NCBI GenBank assembly: GCA_026396575.1
Contig: JAPLWM010000016.1
Span: 1-63,755 of the forward strand
Direction of reading: 5' to 3'
DNA from: Candidatus Komeilibacteria bacterium
Lineage (GTDB): Bacteria > Patescibacteriota > Patescibacteriia > UBA1558 > UBA10009
DNA length: 63,755 nucleotides
The notes beneath the pieces are model-generated. The model had not been told where the DNA came from and did no database searches. It saw nothing but the letters and a program-made list of their open reading frames with translations. Positions 29,088 through 36,587 of this stretch are shown piece after piece (the stretch's first letter is position 1; each line of letters begins with the position of its first letter). The position numbers were made by a program, and so were the translations under genes.

Positions 29088-29843
29088 ATGTTTTTTTCCA
29101 AAGAAGGCGGAATTTTCAGCAAATTGCCTGCTCAAGCCAGTTTTATTTTAGGCCTGATTTTAGGCATTTTAGCGGTTTGCACAGTTGGTTTTTTTATCCT
29201 GCTGGCCACGGTGTTTAACAATAAGGGCAGCGCGGCGGCTAAAAATAACGCCAATGTTAACGCGGCGGCAGTTCAGCCGTCGGCAGGCGACAATGCGGCG
29301 GCCGGGCAGCCCGCCGGCGATGCCACGAATTTAAAAGCCATAACCAAAGATGACCATCTTCAAGGCAGCTTAAACGCCAAAGTAATGATGGTGGAATTTT
29401 CCGATTTGCAGTGCCCCTATTGTTCCAAAGCCCACGAAACTTTAAAGCAGTTGGTTAAGGATTACGGCGGCAAGGTTGCCTGGGTTTATAAGCATTTTCC
29501 CTTGGACCAGCTTCATCCTTTTGCCCGCCGGGCCGCTTTGGCTTCGGAATGCGCCTCGGAACAGGGTAAATTTTGGGAATACGTCGATGAATTGTTTGCC
29601 AATCAAAGCTCGTTTGCACAAGATTATTTTGCCCAAGCCGCTGCCAAACTTGGTTTGGATTCGGCCAAGTTTAACAGCTGTTTGGATTCATCCAAATATG
29701 CTTCCCAAGTACAGGATAACGAGCAGGAAGGCGCCGACTCCGGCATTACCGGCACTCCGGGCATTTATATCAATAATGTTTTAATCCCCGGCGCCCAGCC
29801 CTACGACAGCTTCAAAAAAGTCATCGATTCCTTCTTACAATAA
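29088..29843 (+). CDS. DsbA-family thioredoxin-fold protein
   Basis: TM, EFSDLQCPYC, GTPG. Confidence 0.9.
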   Translation: MFFSKEGGIFSKLPAQASFILGLILGILAVCTVGFFILLATVFNNKGSAAAKNNANVNAAAVQPSAGDNAAAGQPAGDATNLKAITKDDHLQGSLNAKVMMVEFSDLQCPYCSKAHETLKQLVKDYGGKVAWVYKHFPLDQLHPFARRAALASECASEQGKFWEYVDELFANQSSFAQDYFAQAAAKLGLDSAKFNSCLDSSKYASQVQDNEQEGADSGITGTPGIYINNVLIPGAQPYDSFKKVIDSFLQ

Positions 29844-29848
29844 ACTTT

Positions 29849-30481
29849 ATGAAAAAATATTGGTGGATTTTAGTTATCCCGATTTTAATTATCGGCGCGT
29901 GGCTGATCTTTAACCCTAAAAAACCCGGTTATACGGAATTGAATGCCGGGCCGCATCTGCAAGGCAATCCCGACGCCAGCATTTCTTTGGTGGAGTTTTC
30001 CGATTTCCAGTGCCCGGCTTGCCAGGCAGCCTTTACCATGGCGCATGATTTAATTGCCAATTACGGCGATAAAATAAAACTTGAATACCGCCATTTTCCG
30101 CTGCCTCAGCATAGTTATGCCCTAGGCGCGGCCGTGGCGGCTGAGTGCGCGGCCGATCAGGGCAAGTTTTGGGAATACTATGATTTATTATTCCCCAATC
30201 AGGCTAAATTAACCAAGGCCGATTTAAGCGGCTATGCCGCCCAAGTTGAGGGTTTAAATGCCGATCTCTGGCAGGTTTGCGCGGCTTCGGGAGTTAAGGA
30301 AAAACGGGTTAAGGCCGATTTGGCCGAAGCAATTAAACAAGGGTTTAATTCCACGCCCACCTTTTTATTGAACGGCCAGAAAGTGGAGGATTGGTCGGCT
30401 TTGCCCGGCATTATCCAGTCATTGCTCCAGCCGGCCGTGTCTTTAAATCCCGCTGCTTCGGCCACTTCCACAGTTAAATAA
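29849..30481 (+). CDS. DsbA-family thioredoxin-fold protein
   Basis: TM, EFSDFQCPAC, STPTF. Confidence 0.9.
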   Translation: MKKYWWILVIPILIIGAWLIFNPKKPGYTELNAGPHLQGNPDASISLVEFSDFQCPACQAAFTMAHDLIANYGDKIKLEYRHFPLPQHSYALGAAVAAECAADQGKFWEYYDLLFPNQAKLTKADLSGYAAQVEGLNADLWQVCAASGVKEKRVKADLAEAIKQGFNSTPTFLLNGQKVEDWSALPGIIQSLLQPAVSLNPAASATSTVK

Positions 30482-30485
30482 ACCC

Positions 30486-31289
30486 ATGTTCAATTTTCTC
30501 CATAACTTTTCGCCCGCGCCCATTCTATTGGATGCGGGCGTTTTCAGGATTTATTGGTACGGTTTAATTATGGCAATGGCCGCGGGAGCGGGTTTTATGG
30601 TTTTTCTTAAATTGGCCAAAACCGGCGCTTTGCCCAAAGCCCGGATTTTTGATCTGGGTTTTTATTTGATTATTTGGGGAATTATCGGCGCTCGCCTTTG
30701 GCACGTCTTGTTTTACAATTCGGCTTATTTTTTAAGCAATCCCTTGAAAATTTTCAAGCTCTGGCACGGCGGCCTGGCGATTTTCGGTTCCATCTTTGCC
30801 GGCTGCTTAGTTTTATTTTATTTTAGCAAGAAATCGCGGATTTCTTTTTGGCTGCTGGCGGATTTAGCGGCCGTGGCCCTGCCTTTGGGCCAAGCCATTG
30901 GCCGTTGGGGCAATTATTTTAATCAGGAATTATTCGGCCGGCCTTGCTCTTATTCCTGGTGCATCCCCATCAATGCTATTAACCGTCCGGAACAGTATTT
31001 AAATTTCCAGTATTTTCAGCCGGTTTTTTTGTACGAATCATTGCTTTGCCTGGCCCTGTTTATTCTTTGTTTTAATTTTTTTAAAATTAAGCGATTACCA
31101 GTCGGCACCACGGTCTTGGTTTATCTGGCTGGCTATTCGGCCATCAGGTTTGTGATGGAGTTTTGGCGTTTGGACGTGAGCGGCTCTTTGTTTTCAGGGT
31201 TAAAGTGGACCCAGTGGCTGTGTTTGGCGGTTATGGTTATTTCAATTATTTTTCTGGTAAATAAAAAAAGAAAGCAGCTTGCTTTCTAG
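30486..31289 (+). CDS. lgt: Prolipoprotein diacylglyceryl transferase
   Basis: YWYG, GARLWHV, WHGGLAIFG, GRWGNYFNQELFG, RFVMEFWR. Confidence 0.95.
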   Translation: MFNFLHNFSPAPILLDAGVFRIYWYGLIMAMAAGAGFMVFLKLAKTGALPKARIFDLGFYLIIWGIIGARLWHVLFYNSAYFLSNPLKIFKLWHGGLAIFGSIFAGCLVLFYFSKKSRISFWLLADLAAVALPLGQAIGRWGNYFNQELFGRPCSYSWCIPINAINRPEQYLNFQYFQPVFLYESLLCLALFILCFNFFKIKRLPVGTTVLVYLAGYSAIRFVMEFWRLDVSGSLFSGLKWTQWLCLAVMVISIIFLVNKKRKQLAF

Positions 31290-31290
31290 C

Positions 31291-31367
31291 TGGCGGGACG
31301 GACGGGACTCGAACCCGTGACCTCTGCCGTGACAGGGCAGCGTTCTAACCAACTGAACTACCGTCCC
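31291..31367 (-). tRNA. tRNA-Asp(GTC)
   Basis: Canonical cloverleaf, CT-GTC-AC loop, G73, CCA; upstream TTGCCA-17-TATAAT. Confidence 0.97.
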
Positions 31368-31420
31368 AAAAAACTTAGTCTATTATAAGGTAATTATTGA
31401 TTTTTGGCAAGTATTTGAAT

Positions 31421-31451
31421 AAAAACACCCTCTGGTTGAGAGGGAGTTTTT
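31421..31451 (-). terminator. Terminator after rplT
   Basis: ccctct/agaggg stem with A/T runs on both sides. Confidence 0.7.
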
Positions 31452-31462
31452 TAATTTAGAAT

Positions 31463-31807
31463 TTATTTTATTTGGTCCACGATTTTAGAGAAGATCGCCG
31501 GATGCTGCCTGGCCAGTCCGGCCAAAACTTTCCGATCCAAGGCAATGCCTTGTTTTTTTAACTTATCGATGAATTTACTGTAGTTCAGGCCTTGGCTTCT
31601 GACGGCGGCATTTAAATTAACCAGCCATAGGCCCCGGGCCGCGCGCTTTTTATTGCGGCGGTCGCGATAGGCGTAAACCCCGGCTTTTTTAATAGCCGGC
31701 TTGGCCAGCTTGATTTTTTTCTTGCGGCCCCATTTAAAGCCCTTGGCTTGCGCCAGGAAAGCGCTGCGTTTGCGGGCCCTTACTCGGCCTCGTTTAACTC
31801 TTGGCAT
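31463..31807 (-). CDS. rplT: 50S ribosomal protein L20
   Basis: MPRVKRG, AKGF, YAYRDRR, RGLW, NYSKF, LDRKVLA. Confidence 0.97.
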   Translation of the reverse strand: MPRVKRGRVRARKRSAFLAQAKGFKWGRKKKIKLAKPAIKKAGVYAYRDRRNKKRAARGLWLVNLNAAVRSQGLNYSKFIDKLKKQGIALDRKVLAGLARQHPAIFSKIVDQIK

Positions 31808-31839
31808 AAAATATCGGTTTTAAATTTTAAGTTAGAAAT

Positions 31840-32037
31840 TTAGCTGTAAGGCAGCATTTTATCGATGCCCCGGGTATTGGCGGCGGATAGGGTATTGTCC
31901 CGGCGCTTGTTGCGGGTGGTATTGCCCCGTTCGCGGGCGTTAAAATGATTCTGTCCGCCGGCTTTGATTTTCATTTTTCGGTTCTTGGTGATTTTAATCC
32001 GCTTGTTGATTCCTTTATTGGTTTTTAATTTAGGCAT
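31840..32037 (-). CDS. rpmI: 50S ribosomal protein L35
   Basis: MPKLKTNKG..KRIKIT; between infC and rplT. Confidence 0.93.
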   Translation of the reverse strand: MPKLKTNKGINKRIKITKNRKMKIKAGGQNHFNARERGNTTRNKRRDNTLSAANTRGIDKMLPYS

Positions 32038-32040
32038 AGT

Positions 32041-32640
32041 TTAATTGTTAGCTTCGTTAGTTTTCTCGCTTGGAGCGGCGTTTTTTCCTGCCGGCGCGAT
32101 TAAAACGGAAATCTGGTTGCCCAATTTTTTCGGGGGCTGCTCCATGGTCACGTCCGTTTCCTGCTTTAAAGTATTGATAAACTCCATTATTTTATCGCGG
32201 GTATTGAAGGCGTATTGTTTTTCCCGGCCCCTTAAAATTATTTCAATCCGCACCTTGTCGCCTTTGCTTAAAAATTTTAAGGCCTGCTCTTTTTTAAAAT
32301 CCAAGTCGTGCTGGCCGATTTTATAGGAAAGGCGGATGCCTTTGGTTTCGGTTTTTTTAACCTTGCTTTTTAATTCCTGGGTTTTGCGCGATTGCTGGTA
32401 TTGGAACTGGCCGTAATCCAAAATTTTACAGACCGGCGGATCGCTTTTAGGGAACACTTCTATTAAATCCAGCTCTTTTTCGCGGGCGATGGCCAGGGCC
32501 TGGGCAATATCCAAAACGCCTGCTTGCGCTCCGTTTTCGTCTATGACCCGCACTTTCGGCGAGCGGATCCTTTCGTTGATCCGGTAGGCGAATTTATCCA
32601 CGGGAATAAATTTTTTTCTTTTGCCTTTGGTTCGTAACAT
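32041..32640 (-). CDS. infC: Translation initiation factor IF-3
   Basis: INERIR, VRVID, LDLIEV, PPVCKILDYG, KGDKV. Confidence 0.96.
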   Translation of the reverse strand: MLRTKGKRKKFIPVDKFAYRINERIRSPKVRVIDENGAQAGVLDIAQALAIAREKELDLIEVFPKSDPPVCKILDYGQFQYQQSRKTQELKSKVKKTETKGIRLSYKIGQHDLDFKKEQALKFLSKGDKVRIEIILRGREKQYAFNTRDKIMEFINTLKQETDVTMEQPPKKLGNQISVLIAPAGKNAAPSEKTNEANN

Positions 32641-32646
32641 TTAAAC

Positions 32647-32889
32647 TTATATATTAATTAATCTTTTTCTTAAGAAAGCCTTTCCTGAACCGCTTTTAAG
32701 GTATCTTTCAAAGTTTTTAGCCAACTTTTCATTATTAAAATTTATATAGGTTTCAATTTTCCAAGGTTTATATTTATTAGTATAAATTGATAAACCATTA
32801 TTATGATACCAAATTCTTCTATCTAGATTTGTTGTATATCCTATGTAAATTTTATTGTTTAGATTTTTTAAAATATAAACAACATACAT
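32647..32889 (-). CDS. GIY-YIG nuclease
   Basis: VYIL...IYIGYTTNLDRR...HN, FERYLKSGSG; AT-rich. Confidence 0.92.
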   Translation of the reverse strand: MYVVYILKNLNNKIYIGYTTNLDRRIWYHNNGLSIYTNKYKPWKIETYINFNNEKLAKNFERYLKSGSGKAFLRKRLINI

Positions 32890-32910
32890 AAATCGCTTTT
32901 CTTTAACTTT

Positions 32911-33144
32911 TGTCCGCCTACGCTTGCTTTCAGCAAGCTTCGGCGGATCAGCCTTCCGTAGCCTGACGGCTACTTCGTCTGGCTCTGCCAGCCGAAGCTT
33001 TTGCTTTCAGCAAAAGCGAAGGTAAATGAATCTGTCCGCCTACGCTTGCTTTCAGCAAGCTTCGGCGGATCAGCCTTCCGTAGCCTGACGGCTACTTCGT
33101 CTGGCTCTGCCAGCCGAAGCTTTTGCTTTCAGCAAAAGCGAAGG
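32911..33144. repeat. Tandem duplication of a 112-bp nested-palindrome element (period 122 bp)
   Basis: Copies 32911-33022 and 33033-33144 abutting the tmRNA 3' end. Confidence 0.9.
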
Positions 33145-33145
33145 C

Positions 33146-33541
33146 TGGTGGAGATGGCGGGATTTGCACCCGCGTGTAACTACTTTTAAATAAAACTTCT
33201 ACTATAGATAGTTCTTTTTGCAATTTTCCGTTTGGCTGGATAAAAGAACAAAATCTGCGCCTCGGTAAGCCCATTAAGTTTCACTTTTTAAGGAAGGGCG
33301 CTTTAAAAAGCTAGCCTGGTTGTTGACACCCGGCACTGGATCTACAGGCGAAGACCCAAGCGGATGGTTGCAGTTTTTAGGCTACAACGGTAGCAAAGGA
33401 ATTAAAAGTGAAAGCGCTTTTAACCCTCGCTATAAAGTTCTTGGCATTTATATCCAAGCGCTCGATTTTTAAAGAAGATCCGAGCAACTTCCCTATAGCC
33501 GCCTTAAATTAAAAGTGAGCTAGCGAAGATAAGTCATCCCC
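33146..33541 (-). ncRNA. ssrA: tmRNA; tag (A)AKNFIARVKSAFTFNSFATVVA* at 33445-33377
   Basis: GGGGATG/CATCTCC-ACCA acceptor with G3-U70, T arm, TAAAT-GCC resume context, adjacent smpB. Confidence 0.92.
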
Positions 33542-34001
33542 GTTTAATTAGGAATTGTTTTTTTCGGTCAAATTCCCTTTTTTTAATCGTTTCTCGTTTG
33601 TCAAATTTCTTCTTGCCTTGGCCCAAACCCAGGCCAACCTTAATTAATCTGCCCGCAGTATACACTGAAAGTGGTATTAATGTCAAGGATTTTTGCTTGG
33701 TTTTGCCTATCAGCTGGGCGATTTCCCCTTTATTAAGCAGCAGCTTGCGGTCGCGGTCGGGATTATAGCCGCTTTGGCTGTAGCCGGCTTTTTTGTATTT
33801 GGGAATATGGCTGCCGGTTAACCAAGCTTCCGGCGAATTTGACCCGGGACGAGCCTTAATTAAAACATATGCCCCTTTCAGGTCAATTTGCCCCGCCCGG
33901 ACCACTTTTACTTCCGGGCCGGTTAGTTTTATTCCCGCCTCTATTTTTTCCAGGATTTGATAATCAAACAGGGCTTTTTTATTTTCGGCAATCGTAGGCA
34001 T
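33534..34001 (-). CDS. smpB: SsrA-binding protein
   Basis: AENKKALFDY, EAGIKLTGPEVK, RKLLL, GKKKFDKRETIK. Confidence 0.96.
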   Translation of the reverse strand: MPTIAENKKALFDYQILEKIEAGIKLTGPEVKVVRAGQIDLKGAYVLIKARPGSNSPEAWLTGSHIPKYKKAGYSQSGYNPDRDRKLLLNKGEIAQLIGKTKQKSLTLIPLSVYTAGRLIKVGLGLGQGKKKFDKRETIKKREFDRKKQFLIKRG

Positions 34002-34056
34002 GCATATATAATAGTAAAGATGCGCCTAAGATACAAGCTTTGTTTATTTGAATTTT

Positions 34057-34148
34057 TGTCCGCCTGCGCTTGCTTTCAGCAAGCTTCGGCGGACTAGCCT
34101 TCTACTGGCTTCGCCAGCCGAAGCTCGCCAAAGGCGAGCGAAGGCTGG
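34057..34148. repeat. Nested palindromic element related to 32911-33144
   Basis: tgtccgcctgcgcttgctttcagcaagcttcggcgga...gccagccgaagct...gcgaaggctg. Confidence 0.85.
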
Positions 34149-34237
34149 GGATAAACTGTTCATGCCGGGGGTTTGTTAAACCGACGTTGTTTCATTATAA
34201 TATACGGGCTTAAAATATAAACTGTAAAACAAAAATT

Positions 34238-35839
34238 ATGGAAACCTTAAGAAAACAGCTTGCCTCGGCTTTAACCGCCAGCTTAACGGATTTAAATCCG
34301 GTTTTTAAGGATGTAAAAGTTGAAGTTGACTATCCGGCCATTGGGCAATTCGGCGATTATACCTCCAACATTGCTTTAAAAGCGGCTAAAATACTTAAAA
34401 TTTCGCCCCAGTCCGTGGCCGAGGAATTGATTTTAAAGCTGAAAAATCTTAAGGGACTTAATGGTATTTTTGAAAAAATTGAAACAGCCGGCCCGGGGTT
34501 CATCAATTTTTATTTAAGCCAAGCTTATTTAAGCGCTCAAGCGGATAAAATCCTGTCTTTAAAAGGCGCTTATGGCCAGTTGAAGCCGCGAGGCAAGGCT
34601 AAAAAGATTCAGTTGGAGTTTATCAGCGCCAATCCGACCGGCCCATTAACCATCGGCAACGGCCGGGGCGGTTTTTTTGGCGATGTTTTAGGCAATGTTT
34701 TTAAGCAGTGCGGCTATGGCGTAGTTAAGGAATATTTAATCAACGATGCCGGCAAGCAGATTGAGGTATTGGGACACTCGGTGTTGCAGGATGAGCAAGC
34801 CCTTTATAAGGGCGACTACATAACCGAGCTGCATAAAAGATTGCAAAAGTTTAATGGTCCGGCTAAGGTTGGCGCTCGGGCTGCTAAAATTATTTTGGTT
34901 GAGCTGCTTAAAGCAACGATTGAGCAGGGGATGCGGGTGCGTTTTGATCGGTGGTTTTCCGAAACCAAGGAGTTGAGAAAAACCAAGAAGATTGAAAAAG
35001 TTATTGCCTGGTTGAAAAAGAAAAATTATCTTTACCAAAGCGAAGGCGCTTGGTGGTTTAAAGCTACGGAGCGTGGCGATACCCGCGATCGGGTCTTGGT
35101 AAAAGGCAACGGCGAGTTTACTTATCTGGCCAACGACTGCGCTTATTTGGTGAATAAGTTTTCCGAAAGAAAATTTGACCGGGTCATAAATATTTGGGGA
35201 GCGGATCATCACGGCGATGTGCCGGGTTTGTTGGCGGCCGCCGAAGCGCTGGGCTATAAAGGCAGGCAGGAAATTATTTTAATGCAGTTCGTCAGATTGT
35301 TTAAAGAGGGCAAAGAGGTGCGGATGTCCAAACGTTTGGGCACTTACATAACTATGGACGAATTGCTTAAAGAAGTGGGGCACGACGCCGCCAGATTTTT
35401 ATTTTTAATGTATTCCAATAATACGCATATTGATTTTGACTTGAACGCGGCCAAAGAGAAATCGGAAAAGAATCCGGTTTATTACGTGCAGTACGCTTAT
35501 GCCCGGCTTTCCGGAATTTTAAAACAAGAGGCGATTGCCAAGGGCAAGCAAGGAAAAATTAAGGCCCTAGCTTACGGCAACGGGCAGGAGTTGGCGCTGA
35601 TTAAATCACTCTTAAGGTATCCTGAAGTTTTGGAAGAAATCATTATCGGTTATCAGGTGCAAAGGCTGCCTCAATTGGCTTTGGAAATAGCCGAAAAGTT
35701 CCATGATTTTTATAATCATTGCCGGGTAATAGACCGGGATAAGGTTGATTGGCAAAGAGTCGCTTTGGTTAAGCTTACGCGCAAGGTTTTAGGAGAGGTT
35801 TTGGCAGTAATTGGCGTGGCCGCGCCGGAAAAAATGTAA
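34238..35839 (+). CDS. argS: Arginyl-tRNA synthetase
   Basis: FGDYTSN, GPGFINF, SANPTGPL(T)IGNGRG, GADHHG, MSKR, NPVYYVQYAYAR. Confidence 0.97.
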   Translation: METLRKQLASALTASLTDLNPVFKDVKVEVDYPAIGQFGDYTSNIALKAAKILKISPQSVAEELILKLKNLKGLNGIFEKIETAGPGFINFYLSQAYLSAQADKILSLKGAYGQLKPRGKAKKIQLEFISANPTGPLTIGNGRGGFFGDVLGNVFKQCGYGVVKEYLINDAGKQIEVLGHSVLQDEQALYKGDYITELHKRLQKFNGPAKVGARAAKIILVELLKATIEQGMRVRFDRWFSETKELRKTKKIEKVIAWLKKKNYLYQSEGAWWFKATERGDTRDRVLVKGNGEFTYLANDCAYLVNKFSERKFDRVINIWGADHHGDVPGLLAAAEALGYKGRQEIILMQFVRLFKEGKEVRMSKRLGTYITMDELLKEVGHDAARFLFLMYSNNTHIDFDLNAAKEKSEKNPVYYVQYAYARLSGILKQEAIAKGKQGKIKALAYGNGQELALIKSLLRYPEVLEEIIIGYQVQRLPQLALEIAEKFHDFYNHCRVIDRDKVDWQRVALVKLTRKVLGEVLAVIGVAAPEKM

Positions 35840-35870
35840 TATCGGATAACATTATACATATCGGATAGGG

Positions 35871-35896
35871 GATTCCCGGGAAACCGGGAATCTTTT
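35871..35896 (+). terminator. Terminator after argS
   Basis: gattcccgg-gaaa-ccgggaatc-tttt. Confidence 0.8.
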
Positions 35897-36022
35897 ATTT
35901 TAGGCCTAAAATAGTAATATCGGATAGCTATTTAAGGCATTATTGGATTAAAAAGAAATATCGGATAGCCGATATGGTAGATTTTTCCAATGTTGTTTGC
36001 CGGGCCGTTTTGCCTTTGACGT

Positions 36023-36135
36023 GTCATTGCGAGCCCCGAAGGGGCGTGGCAATCCCGATGTTAATGGTATTAATAACGGGATTGTGGAGCCTGTCCCGAG
36101 CGATAGTGAGGGATCGCGCGGCTCCTCGCAATGAC
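36023..36135. repeat. GTCATTGCGAG...CTCGCAATGAC REP-like element
   Basis: 11-bp perfect terminal IR with internal hairpins. Confidence 0.8.
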
Positions 36136-36250
36136 AGTGCAGGCAAAACGGCCCTTGCAGGGATCTTGTAAAGGGTTAATCATGCGGGGTTTATTTTATA
36201 GGTTTTATGCGGGCGCTTGCGCCCTATTAATTTATGGCTTGGTTTTCTAT

Positions 36251-36325
36251 ACCCCCACCCAACCTCCCCCTAAATTAGGGGGAGGAGGAAATTCCCCTCC
36301 TAGATTAGGAGGGGTTAGGAGGGGT
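36251..36325 (+). repeat. C/G-run hairpin REP
   Basis: Near-identical to 3646-3720. Confidence 0.85.
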
Positions 36326-36547
36326 AAGTTTTTATTTTTCAACAGGCAAAATCAAAAATCAGGTCCTTGTGGAGTAGGTAAGTCTTCTATAATGTGGATA
36401 AGTTTTTTTGAAGATTTTACCGATATATACTATATTATGCGAAAACCCTATTACTTAGGGCAATTTTCCGCTTGATTTCTTGATTTTTTGATTCATTGAA
36501 AGGCCTATTTGACATGTTTAAAAGCTCTGTAAAAATGGTTGAAAAAA

Positions 36548-36575
36548 TGTTATAATTAATATCGGATAGCCGATA
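36548..36575 (+). promoter_or_regulatory. Extended -10 promoter overlapped by palindromic operator TATCGG-N4-CCGATA
   Basis: TGtTATAAT at 36548-36556; palindrome 36560-36575, identical copy at 35959-35974. Confidence 0.6.
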
Positions 36576-36587
36576 AATAGTGTCCCC

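Noticed and set aside
515-31000. Numerous overlapping antisense or alternate-frame ORFs (e.g. 1280, 2453, 7566, 11335, 15459, 25116)
   Set aside because: Shadows of well-supported genes; no motifs or independent starts.
32041-32640. Non-canonical AUU start of infC
   Set aside because: An in-frame ATG 6 nt after the upstream stop gives a plausible protein; no need to invoke AUU.
32911-33144. Possible CRISPR array
   Set aside because: Only two 112-bp units with a 10-nt gap; unit size and internal palindromes match a REP family; no cas genes.
33001-33274. ORFs 33001-33189 (+) and 33092-33274 (-)
   Set aside because: Made of repeat and tmRNA sequence; no protein signature.
35974-36475. ORFs 35974-36171 and 36131-36475
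   Set aside because: Largely translations of REP elements in an intergenic region.
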